Below are positions 9,567-18,032 of a stretch of DNA of 64,000 bases, one piece after another; position 1 is the first letter of the stretch; every line of letters begins with the position of its first letter. The notes below the pieces were generated by a model. It searched no databases and was not told the DNA's origin. It saw only the letters and a list, made by a program, of their open reading frames with translations. The translations under genes and the position numbers were made by a program. Origin of the DNA: Thalassobaculaceae bacterium (GTDB lineage Bacteria; Pseudomonadota; Alphaproteobacteria; Thalassobaculales; Thalassobaculaceae); assembly GCA_965228875.1 (NCBI GenBank), contig OZ245843.1, positions 186,001 through 250,000 of the forward strand, in the 5' to 3' direction.

Positions 9567-10589
9567 ATGGCTCAGGGAGCGGTAGCGGACGTTCAGCTGT
9601 CCGACGATCTGAAGGGACGCGAGATCGCGTTCGACGCCATTCCCATCGTCGATATCTCCGCACTCGTGGATGGTAGCGACGAAGCCGGCGTGGCGGCGGC
9701 TCTCGGCGACGCGGCCGAAAGGGTCGGCTTTCTCTATCTCACCGGACACGGCATTCCGCTATCCGTGATCGACACCATGTTCGCCGAGGCCCGCGCCTAT
9801 TTCGACCGGCCGCTGGAGGAGAAGATGGCCGCGCATATCGGCAACTGGCCGGTGCACCGCGGCTATTTCCCGGTCTTTGAGGAAAACACCGATCCCGCGA
9901 TGACGGCGGACCTGAAGGAGGGGTTCGACCTCGGACGCGATCTCGGTCCCGAGGATCCGGAAGTGCGGGCCGGCCTGCCGCTGCACGGCCCGAACCAGTG
10001 GCCGGCGAGCGCTCCGACCTTCCGGGCGGCGGCCGAGACCTATTTCGCGGCCCTGCGGCACCTGGGAGAGAGGCTGATGCACGGGTTCGCCATCGCCCTC
10101 GACCTGGAGGCCGACTATTTCGCGGACAAGATCGACCGCCCGTTGGCGCAGCTCCGCCTGCTGCATTACCCGCCGCAGACCGGCCATGTCGAGGCCAGGA
10201 CCATCGGCTGCGGTGCCCACACCGATTATGGATGCCTCACCATCCTGGCGCAGGATGAGAACGGCGGCCTTCAGGTGCGCAATACCGCCGGCGAGTGGAT
10301 CGCCGCGCCCCCCGTTCCGGGCGCCTTCGTCGTCAATCTCGGGGACCAGATGGCGCGATGGACCAACGGCCGGTTCCAGGCGACGCCGCACCGGGTGATC
10401 AATGTCTCGGGCCGCGAGCGGTATTCGATGCCATTCTTCTTCGATCCCAACTGGGAGGCGGAGATCGCCTGTCTTCCGACCTGCGCGGTATCCGGCGAGG
10501 CGCCGCGTTTCGCCCCCGTCCAGGCCGGGCCGTACCTTCAGTCGCGGTTCGACGCGACCTTCGCCTACCGGCAGGAGACGGCGGAGTAG
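9567..10589 (+). CDS. Isopenicillin N synthase-family 2OG-Fe(II) dioxygenase
   Basis: IPIVD, GF.YL.GHG, HTDYG.LT (HxD), TPHRV, RYSMPFF (RxS); GGAGG RBS. Confidence 0.92.
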   Translation: MAQGAVADVQLSDDLKGREIAFDAIPIVDISALVDGSDEAGVAAALGDAAERVGFLYLTGHGIPLSVIDTMFAEARAYFDRPLEEKMAAHIGNWPVHRGYFPVFEENTDPAMTADLKEGFDLGRDLGPEDPEVRAGLPLHGPNQWPASAPTFRAAAETYFAALRHLGERLMHGFAIALDLEADYFADKIDRPLAQLRLLHYPPQTGHVEARTIGCGAHTDYGCLTILAQDENGGLQVRNTAGEWIAAPPVPGAFVVNLGDQMARWTNGRFQATPHRVINVSGRERYSMPFFFDPNWEAEIACLPTCAVSGEAPRFAPVQAGPYLQSRFDATFAYRQETAE

Positions 10590-10611
10590 CGACCGCGCGC
10601 CGGCCGTCCGC

Positions 10612-11808
10612 TTATGTCGTCCGCCAGCGCAGCAGCGCCATCATCGCGCCGCCGGCGAGAAGACCCCAGAAGGCGGCGCCGATTCCGTGGATCGACAGGC
10701 CCGACGCCGTGGTCACGAAGGTGACGATGGCCGGCAGATGTTCCTGCGGGCGGGCCAGTGCGGCCGATGCGGCGCCGGCCAGGCTGGCCAGCAGGGCGAG
10801 GCCCGCCACGGCCTGGATGAGCAGCGGCGGCGACGCGGTGGCGAAAGCGGCGGCAATCCCCGCGAACAGGGCGATGGCGAGATAGCTGACGCCCGCGGTG
10901 ACCGAGGCGATGTAGCGTCGGGCCGGGTCGGGGTGCGCGTCGGGGCCGGCGCACAGGGCGGCGGTGATCGCGGCCAGGTTCAGCATGTGCCCGCCGAACG
11001 GTGCGGCGAGCAGGCTGGCGCCGCCGGTCGCGACGAACAGTGGCGCGGCGGCGGGGCGGTAGCCGTTGGCGTTCAGCACCGCCAGGCCCGGAATGTTCTG
11101 CGAGGCCATGGTGACCAGGAACAGGGGAAGGGCGATCCCGATCGCCGCATCCAGGCTGAAGACCGGCAGCACCAGGACCGGGACCGGCCAGGCGGCGTCG
11201 AACGTCCCGGCGGGAAGCGGCGTCGAGACGGCGATCACGATGCCGGCGACGACGACGGCGGCCAGGACCGCGTAGAGACGGGCGAACCGCAGGGCGATGG
11301 CCCAGACCGCGATGATCGCCGCCGCCTGCCAGGGGTAGGCTTCGACCGCCCGGACCGGCGCGAGGCAGAGGTCGAGCAGAACGCCCGCCAGCATGGCGCT
11401 TGCGAGGCTCGCCGGGATCGACTCGACTGCGCGTCCGAAGCGTCGCCACAGGCCGGCGATCACGATCAGCGCCGCCGCGATCAGGAACGCGCCCACCGCT
11501 TCGGGAAAGCCGCCGGCGGGCATGCCGGTCGAGACCAGGAGTGCGGCCCCCGGCGTCGACCAGGCGAAACTCAGCGGCTGCCGGGACCGCCAGGCCAAGA
11601 CGATCATCAGCAGCCCCTGACCGGCGGAGAGCGCGATCAGCCCCGACGCCGCCTCGCCCGGAGATGCCCCGACGGCCTGCAGTCCGGCGAGAACCACCGC
11701 GAAGGAACTGGCGAACCCGACGATCGCCGTCAGGAGGCCGGCGGAGATCGGGATCGTGACCGGTGCGCGCGGTGGCGTCTGCGCTGACGAAGGCGGTGCG
11801 TCGGCCAT
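10612..11808 (-). CDS. benE: BenE family benzoate/H+ symporter
   Basis: AWSTPGAALL, VTMASQN.PG, NLAAITAALC, GIGAAFWG; multiple TM helices. Confidence 0.88.
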   Translation of the reverse strand: MADAPPSSAQTPPRAPVTIPISAGLLTAIVGFASSFAVVLAGLQAVGASPGEAASGLIALSAGQGLLMIVLAWRSRQPLSFAWSTPGAALLVSTGMPAGGFPEAVGAFLIAAALIVIAGLWRRFGRAVESIPASLASAMLAGVLLDLCLAPVRAVEAYPWQAAAIIAVWAIALRFARLYAVLAAVVVAGIVIAVSTPLPAGTFDAAWPVPVLVLPVFSLDAAIGIALPLFLVTMASQNIPGLAVLNANGYRPAAAPLFVATGGASLLAAPFGGHMLNLAAITAALCAGPDAHPDPARRYIASVTAGVSYLAIALFAGIAAAFATASPPLLIQAVAGLALLASLAGAASAALARPQEHLPAIVTFVTTASGLSIHGIGAAFWGLLAGGAMMALLRWRTT

Positions 11809-11873
11809 GGCAGGACCCTCCCGGGAACTCGCGACTGGATGTCGGTGACGATTGACGGTAGCCTAGATCGATA

Positions 11874-11885
11874 ATTGGATCCAAT
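11874..11885. promoter_or_regulatory. Perfect 12-bp palindrome ATTGGATCCAAT, candidate GntR operator
   Basis: Lies between divergent benE and gntR starts. Confidence 0.5.
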
Positions 11886-11901
11886 CAACGGATGGATTTC
11901 T

Positions 11902-12609
11902 GTGGACGAGGGGTTCGACTTCACCGCTCTGGCGGCGGCGCAGGGGGATCGGCCGCGTACCGCTTCTGAATTCGTGCAGCGGGCATTGCGCGAGGCCATT
12001 CTCGATGGCCGGATTCCACCCGGCACGCCCCTGCGCCAGGAGGCCCTAGCCGCCGCCTTCGACGTCAGCCGGATGCCCGTGCGCGAGGCTCTGCGGCAGC
12101 TTGAGGCGCAGGCACTGATCGAGTTCACGCCGCACAAGGGAGCGGTGGTGGCGGAGATCTCGGCGCAGGACCAGGCGGAGACCTATCTGATCCGCCGGGC
12201 GCTGGAGCCGGTAGCCTTCGCCCGGTCGATTCCCAACCTGACCCGGGAGGATCTGGATCGCGCCGAGGACCTGATTGCGGAGATGGATCGCGACCCGGAC
12301 CATGGCCGTCTTGGCGAACTGAACCGCCGATTCCACCTCTCGCTCTACGTGCGGGCCGACAGCCCGAAACTCCTTCGGCTGGTCGAGCGCATGCTGGTGG
12401 AGCACGACCGCTACCTGCGGTTCCACCTTGCCATGCTCGGACGCGACCGGATGTCCCAGGACGATCACATCGCCATGGTCCGGGCTGCCTCGGACCGCGA
12501 TACGGAGGCCGGAATCGCCGTGCTGCAGCGCCACATTGATGTCGCAGCTGAGGACAGTTCAAGATTCGTCAAACCAACAAATTCAAACAATTCTAAAGAA
12601 GGAACGTAG
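11902..12609 (+). CDS. GntR (FadR/FCD) transcriptional regulator
   Basis: LAAAFDVSRMPVREAL wHTH, N.RFH..LY FCD motif; start uncertain (GTG 11902 or TTG 11875). Confidence 0.9.
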   Translation: MDEGFDFTALAAAQGDRPRTASEFVQRALREAILDGRIPPGTPLRQEALAAAFDVSRMPVREALRQLEAQALIEFTPHKGAVVAEISAQDQAETYLIRRALEPVAFARSIPNLTREDLDRAEDLIAEMDRDPDHGRLGELNRRFHLSLYVRADSPKLLRLVERMLVEHDRYLRFHLAMLGRDRMSQDDHIAMVRAASDRDTEAGIAVLQRHIDVAAEDSSRFVKPTNSNNSKEGT

Positions 12610-12735
12610 ATCGCAGATTATTCCGCACTGCGGCAATTGGTGGCTCGACGCGAAGAGGCGATCCAGGCTAGAGGGTTTCTAATCAGGCGATGCTCCGCAT
12701 CGCGATTCCGAGCTTACGATCCAATGGAGGGATTT

Positions 12736-13275
12736 ATGATCGGTCGCAAGGTTCCGTCCGTGACGTTCAAGACGCGTGTGCGTGACGAGTCCATCGAGGG
12801 CCCGAACCCGTTCCGCTGGCAGGAGATGACCAGCGACGACTACTTCGCCGGCAAGCGTGTGGTGCTGTTCTCGCTTCCGGGCGCGTTCACCCCGACCTGC
12901 TCGACCTATCAGCTGCCGGATTTCGAGAAGCTGTACGAGGATTTCGCCGCCGCCGGCGTCGATGCGATCTATTGCATCTCGGTCAATGATGCCTTCGTGA
13001 TGAACGCCTGGGGCAAGGCCCAGGGCATCGAGAAGGTCGGTCTGATCCCCGACGGCTCGGGCGAGTTCACCCGCAAGATGGGCATGCTCGTGGCCAAGGA
13101 CAATCTGGGCTTCGGCATGCGGTCGTGGCGCTACGGCGCGGTCATTAATGACGGGGTCGTCGAGCAGTGGTTCGAGGAGCCGGGCTTCTCCGATCAGTGC
13201 GATACCGACCCGTATGGCGAAAGCTCGCCGCAGACCATCCTCAAGGCGGTCCAGGACAAGGCGGCCGCCGCCTGA
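12736..13275 (+). CDS. Prx5-like peroxiredoxin
   Basis: PGAFTPTCS peroxidatic motif, SVNDAFVM.AW, RSWRY; GGAGG RBS. Confidence 0.93.
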   Translation: MIGRKVPSVTFKTRVRDESIEGPNPFRWQEMTSDDYFAGKRVVLFSLPGAFTPTCSTYQLPDFEKLYEDFAAAGVDAIYCISVNDAFVMNAWGKAQGIEKVGLIPDGSGEFTRKMGMLVAKDNLGFGMRSWRYGAVINDGVVEQWFEEPGFSDQCDTDPYGESSPQTILKAVQDKAAAA

Positions 13276-13302
13276 GTCTGAGGGTCCGGCAGGAATACCC
13301 GG

Positions 13303-13324
13303 CGGGGGCGCTTCGGCGCCCCCG
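13303..13324. terminator. GC hairpin with C(UUCG)G loop between convergent prx and HAD genes
   Basis: CGGGGGCGC-TTCG-GCGCCCCCG; weak U tract. Confidence 0.6.
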
Positions 13325-13344
13325 TTCGCGTTCGACCCGGGCGT

Positions 13345-14061
13345 TCAGGCTTCCAGCAGTTCGTTCAGGCGGGTCAGGATGCGGTCGGGCCGCGCGGCGG
13401 TTCCGTCCGGCAGGCCCTTGCCGACGGGGTCGCGCCAGATGGCGTAGAACCCGAGCCGCTGGGGGACGATGACCTCCCAGTCGAGGTTGTCGCCGACGAT
13501 CCAGGTCTCCTCGACCGAGGTTCCGAGGCGTTCCAGGGCGTGGGCATAGGCCCGTTCCTCCGGCTTTCCGAACCCGACCTCGCCTTCGATCTGCACGTGC
13601 GCGAAGTGCCGCTCCAGGTCGAACCGCTCGACCTTCGCGCGCTGCTCGACGGCATTGCCGTTGGTGATGAGGCCAAGGCGCACGCCCCGATCCTTCAGAC
13701 CCTCCAGGGTCTCGACCGCGTCCGGGAACAGCTTCGTGTCCCGAGTCCGCTGTTCGGTGAAATGCCGTCCGAGCCGGTCGACCAGGTCGCCATCCGCGAA
13801 ATGGCCGAGCTCGGAGAAGGCGCGCTCCAGGATGGTCTTGCGGGCCGAAAGGATGTCGAGGCGACCTTCCTTGTGTCGCACGGGATCCGACCAGAACCAG
13901 CGGGCATGGGCGTGGATCGTCGCGGCCACCTCCGCAGACACCAGATCGGCCGGCAGCCCCTCGCAGGTCTCCAGCGCCTGGGTCCAGGCCTTGCGCGGGT
14001 GCAGGTGGGCGGAGATCAGCGTGTCGTCCAGGTCGAACAGAATCGCGGTCGGCAGGCCCAT
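13345..14061 (-). CDS. HAD superfamily (IA) hydrolase
   Basis: FDLDDTL motif I, ITNG motif II, GKPE motif III, GDNLDWE motif IV. Confidence 0.9.
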   Translation of the reverse strand: MGLPTAILFDLDDTLISAHLHPRKAWTQALETCEGLPADLVSAEVAATIHAHARWFWSDPVRHKEGRLDILSARKTILERAFSELGHFADGDLVDRLGRHFTEQRTRDTKLFPDAVETLEGLKDRGVRLGLITNGNAVEQRAKVERFDLERHFAHVQIEGEVGFGKPEERAYAHALERLGTSVEETWIVGDNLDWEVIVPQRLGFYAIWRDPVGKGLPDGTAARPDRILTRLNELLEA

Positions 14062-14084
14062 GAATGTTCCTTCTGAGAGGTCGG

Positions 14085-16175
14085 TCAGGCGAACAGCGAC
14101 TCCGTGTCCCCCGCCGTCCCGGCCTCCAGATCGGGCACGGGAAGCGGCGGCAGGACAGGTGTCGCTTTGAAGGCGAGGCGTCCCTGGATCCCGGTGCGGT
14201 CCAGGGTGTTGTCGAACAGGGCCTTGATGTCATGGCGGATCAAGCCGGGCAATGGCTTCGTCGTGCGGATCCACAGGTCCACCAGGTCGTCGCGCACCAG
14301 TCCGTCGAGCCTGAACGGGCCGAGGCTCGAGAGTTCGAGATCGACGAGGAACGCGGTTCCGTCCTGCGCACCACCGCCGTCCTTTTCGCCCTTGCCCCGA
14401 CGGCGGCCGCGGGTCAGCAGGCGGATCGGCCGCTTCTCCTCGCCAACCACCGGGATCAGGAACGCGCGCCAGCCGTTGTCCGCCGGTTCCGTCGCGCGCT
14501 GCAGAGTCTGGAAGTCCTCGGCCAGGGCCGACAACAGTCCGCCGCGCCCCGCGTTCTCGAGCGTTCGCGTGGCGTCCTGACCGAACCAGGAGCGCATGTC
14601 CCCGCCCTTCAGGGCGGTCATGAAGAACACGAGCGCCGCCGTCATCTGCGGCGAGGGCCGGACCATGGCCTGGGTGATCTGGGCGGCCGCCTGGGGGCCG
14701 AGCGCCTCCTGGAGGGCGCGCATCGCTCCCTCCAGGGCCGGCCATTCGCGGGCCAGCACGGAGAGTGGAGCGGCCCGTTCGGCCGTCGGCATCTCGCCGA
14801 CCCGGCTCGCAAGAACGTCGAGCGCCACGCGGTCACCGATGCGAAGGTCGCTGGTGGCGTTCAGCGCCAGGTGGCCGAACGGCGTGGCGACGATCGGCCG
14901 TCCCGACTGGGTCACCCCGGCCACGGTTCCGGCAAGAACGGCCGGGCCGCCTCCCGAACCGGTCGCTGGGGCGGCGGGGGCGGTACCCCGGGCGCCAAGA
15001 AAGCGGGCGGCTTCCTCGCCCGTGGCGAGGACCCGGACCGTGACCACGGCGCCGGTCGGCAGCTGCGGGCCGCCGGGCGTGGCCTGGGCGGCGGCGGCCA
15101 GGCCGGCTCCGGCGGTGACGTGACCGCCGCCCGCCGATGCCGCCGCCGCGGCGCCACTGCTCGGTGTCGGCGCGCCCGCGGCCCGCTGCGGCGACGGGGC
15201 CTGGTCCGCACGCCCGCTGAGGCCGAGGGCGTTGCGGTAAGCCGACTGCGCCATCAACGCCGCCGGCGCCGGCGAGGGCTGCGCCGCCGCTGGTTGACTT
15301 GGGATTGCGGGCGTGGCGGCTGCCTGACGGGTGGTCGGAAACGGTCCGGAGGTCTGGGGCGGCTGAGAGGCCGGAGCTGGAGGTTGCGCGGGGGAGGACT
15401 GGGCCGGCGGCGTGGCGGGGGGCGCCTGACCTGATACCGCGCCGGGTGTGGCGGCGGGCTGTGGTGGCTGACCCAGGGGCGCCTGACCCAGGGGCGCCTG
15501 GCCCGGTGCGGGCGGCGTCGCGACGCCGGGGCCCCCCGGCTGGGCCGCGGCCTGGAGCGCGGCGGCGGTCGACGGGCCCGGCACCGCCACGGCCTGAAGA
15601 ATGCGGCCGACGGTGAGCGGAACGGTGGGCGGCGGTCCGCTGGCCCCTGTCGTGACCGCCGGCTGGGCGACGGCGCCGCCCCGCACGGTGACCACCAGTT
15701 GCGGCGGCGATGCGGTCGGGCTGCGCAGTTCCACCGTTACCCGGCCACCCGCGCGCAGGAGTTCGGCAACCTGGGCGCGGACCAGATCGGCGCGGACGTC
15801 GCCCTGCGCGGTACGGATGGTGACGCTGCCGTCGGCGTTTCGGACCGCCTCGGCCTCGATCACCGTACCCGCCGCGGCCCTGGCCAGGTCGGGCGGCAGG
15901 GGCTGCTGCGCCTGGGCCGGACTGCTGGCCGGGGCGGTCTGTGCCTGTCCCTGTGTGCCTTGACCCTGTGTGCCCTGGCCTTGGGCGCCCTGAGACTGGG
16001 CACCCTGACCCTGTGGCGTGGGGGCTTGAGCCGACGCGGGATTCTGGCCCGATGCGGGATTCTGGCCCGACGATGGATTCTGGGCGGACGGAGCGGGTGC
16101 CGCCGGGGAGGGAGGCGCCGAAGGCGAGGGCGACCCCGGCGGGCGGGGCGGGGGCGCGGATGCCCCGTCGGTCAT
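14085..16175 (-). CDS. Pro/Ala/Gln-rich protein with FliK-like C-terminal domain
   Basis: Long low-complexity body; C-terminal FLVDLELSSLGPFRLDGLV..VDLWIRT resembles the FliK/T3S4 domain; directly downstream of flhG. Confidence 0.6.
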   Translation of the reverse strand: MTDGASAPPPRPPGSPSPSAPPSPAAPAPSAQNPSSGQNPASGQNPASAQAPTPQGQGAQSQGAQGQGTQGQGTQGQAQTAPASSPAQAQQPLPPDLARAAAGTVIEAEAVRNADGSVTIRTAQGDVRADLVRAQVAELLRAGGRVTVELRSPTASPPQLVVTVRGGAVAQPAVTTGASGPPPTVPLTVGRILQAVAVPGPSTAAALQAAAQPGGPGVATPPAPGQAPLGQAPLGQPPQPAATPGAVSGQAPPATPPAQSSPAQPPAPASQPPQTSGPFPTTRQAAATPAIPSQPAAAQPSPAPAALMAQSAYRNALGLSGRADQAPSPQRAAGAPTPSSGAAAAASAGGGHVTAGAGLAAAAQATPGGPQLPTGAVVTVRVLATGEEAARFLGARGTAPAAPATGSGGGPAVLAGTVAGVTQSGRPIVATPFGHLALNATSDLRIGDRVALDVLASRVGEMPTAERAAPLSVLAREWPALEGAMRALQEALGPQAAAQITQAMVRPSPQMTAALVFFMTALKGGDMRSWFGQDATRTLENAGRGGLLSALAEDFQTLQRATEPADNGWRAFLIPVVGEEKRPIRLLTRGRRRGKGEKDGGGAQDGTAFLVDLELSSLGPFRLDGLVRDDLVDLWIRTTKPLPGLIRHDIKALFDNTLDRTGIQGRLAFKATPVLPPLPVPDLEAGTAGDTESLFA
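15945..16089 (-). repeat. In-frame 15-bp (QGQGT-type) and 18-bp (GQNPAS-type) tandem repeats
   Basis: e.g. GCGGGATTCTGGCCCGAY twice plus a degenerate third copy at 16036-16089; 15-bp units at 15945-16013. Confidence 0.7.
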
Positions 16176-16211
16176 GGCGTGATGCCCATCGCTGTGCCGC
16201 GGGCCCCGGGG

Positions 16212-17033
16212 CTAGTCCGCGGAGCCGTGGACCAGGCTGTCGGCGATCCGCTCCACGTCGCTGCCGGCGTCCGATGTCGGCGCGCGGGTGAGGAGCGGCA
16301 CCTGGGCGCGGATCGCGTCGGCCACCTTCCGGTCGCGGCGCACCACCCCGGCCAGGGGCGGCGTGACGTGCAGGAAGTTCTGGCACGCCTTGCGCAGGGT
16401 CTCGTAGGTCTTCAGCCCTTCGCCACGGGTCTCGGCGGTGTTCACGACCACCCGCACGTCGGCGGTGCTGTCGGCGCCGAGGACCACCTTCACGAAGGCA
16501 TAGGCGTCGGTCAGCGAGGTCGGCTCGGGCGTGGTGACGACGAGGCAGGTGCCGGCGCGGGCGGCCAGCATCCGGACGGTGCGGTCGAGCCCGGCGCCGA
16601 GATCCATCACCACCGTGTCGTAGGAGCCGCAGAGCTGCACCAGCTCGGAGCCGAGGCCGGCGAGCTTGTTCGACGGAAGCTGGGCCAGGTTACCCGAGCC
16701 GGAGCGGCCGGCGATGATGTCGAACTTGCCGTCGTCGTAGCGCACCTTGGCCTGGGCCAGGGTCAGACGCCCGGACAGCACGCCACCGAGGTCGCGCTGC
16801 GGCATGAGGCCGAGCTGGATATCGACGTTGGCGAGCCCGAGATCGGCGTCGAACAGCAGCACCTTGCGCCTCATCCGCGCCAGGGCGTGGCATAGCGTGA
16901 CGGAGAACCAGGTCTTGCCGACGCCGCCCTTTCCGGAAGCCACCGCGATCAGGTTCGCCGCCTTGGGAAGTTTGCTGCCCGAGGTGGCGGTCGCACCACT
17001 GGGAACCATTTCAGGTCCTTTCCTTACGGTCAT
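16212..17033 (-). CDS. flhG: MinD-like flagellar number regulator FlhG/FleN
   Basis: SGKGGVGKT deviant Walker A, DADLGLAN, TPEPTSLTDAYA; overlaps the flhF stop. Confidence 0.9.
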   Translation of the reverse strand: MTVRKGPEMVPSGATATSGSKLPKAANLIAVASGKGGVGKTWFSVTLCHALARMRRKVLLFDADLGLANVDIQLGLMPQRDLGGVLSGRLTLAQAKVRYDDGKFDIIAGRSGSGNLAQLPSNKLAGLGSELVQLCGSYDTVVMDLGAGLDRTVRMLAARAGTCLVVTTPEPTSLTDAYAFVKVVLGADSTADVRVVVNTAETRGEGLKTYETLRKACQNFLHVTPPLAGVVRRDRKVADAIRAQVPLLTRAPTSDAGSDVERIADSLVHGSAD

Positions 17034-17989
17034 TCTGCCGCTTCCTCGCGGGCTGAGTGTTCGTTGGGAAGCAAGAGTCGCGCCAAAGAAACGGGGTTGA
17101 GCGGAGCCAGGCCGTCGGCGACGCCGGAGCCGATCCCGACCTCGGCGAAGGCGAGGCGCCCGGCATCCGCCGCCGCCAGGACCGAGCCGAGGCGACGTGC
17201 GATGTCGAGCCGCGTGGCGATCATGCGCCGGGCGCCGATCCGGGCGTAGGCGCGGGCCTGGTCGACCGCGTCCAACGGGTCGGTGCCGGCTGCCATGACC
17301 ATCACCATCTCGGAGTCCAGACCCTCGACCAGACGCCGCTGCAGTTCCAGGTCGTCCGCATCGAACGGATTGCCGCCGGCGCAGTCCACCAGGGTCAGCG
17401 TGCCGGGCGGGCTGGCGGCCACCGCGTCGCTCAGGTCGGCGGCGTTGTCCGCGGTTTGCAGATCGACCCCGAGCAGCCGGGTGAACGCCTCGAGCTGGTC
17501 GAACCCGCCGGCCCTGACCGTGTCGGTGGTGATCACGTTGACCGGCCTCTTCTTCATCACCTGCCGGGTCGCGAGCTTGGCGGTGGTCACCGTCTTGCCG
17601 GCACCGGGCAGGCCGACGAGCACGATCGGGCGCGACCCCGACACCGGCAGCGGCTGGAACTTGAACAGCTGGTCCAGCGCGCCGGCGAGCGCCAGCTTGG
17701 CGTCCTCGGCGTCGAGCGAGCCCGCGACCCGGGTGATCTTCTCCGACAGTTCGGCGGCGACGTTGTGATGGGCCAGGGCCTCGACGATCTCGTCGATCGG
17801 ATCGACCTGATCCTCGTCGTAGTCCCAGGCGTCCTCCTCCTCGACCGTATCGATGGCCGCTGTCAGGCGCACGCCGATCCCGCCCTCTCCCTTCTGGGTC
17901 GACACGATGATCGCGTCCGGCCCCAGATGGGTTTTGACGAGCTGCATGGCCTCGTTCATCGAGGGTGCGGTGAAGGTCTTAAGGCGCAT
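17030..17989 (-). CDS. flhF: SRP-family GTPase FlhF (short form)
   Basis: MRLKTF..A.M.EAM..VK..LG.DAII N-terminus; GAGKT, DTVR, DCAG, TRLD; follows flhA. Confidence 0.85.
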   Translation of the reverse strand: MRLKTFTAPSMNEAMQLVKTHLGPDAIIVSTQKGEGGIGVRLTAAIDTVEEEDAWDYDEDQVDPIDEIVEALAHHNVAAELSEKITRVAGSLDAEDAKLALAGALDQLFKFQPLPVSGSRPIVLVGLPGAGKTVTTAKLATRQVMKKRPVNVITTDTVRAGGFDQLEAFTRLLGVDLQTADNAADLSDAVAASPPGTLTLVDCAGGNPFDADDLELQRRLVEGLDSEMVMVMAAGTDPLDAVDQARAYARIGARRMIATRLDIARRLGSVLAAADAGRLAFAEVGIGSGVADGLAPLNPVSLARLLLPNEHSAREEAAE

Positions 17990-18032
17990 TCCCTAGTCGC
18001 GGCCCCGTGTCATTTCCGGTCCCGATGCAACA

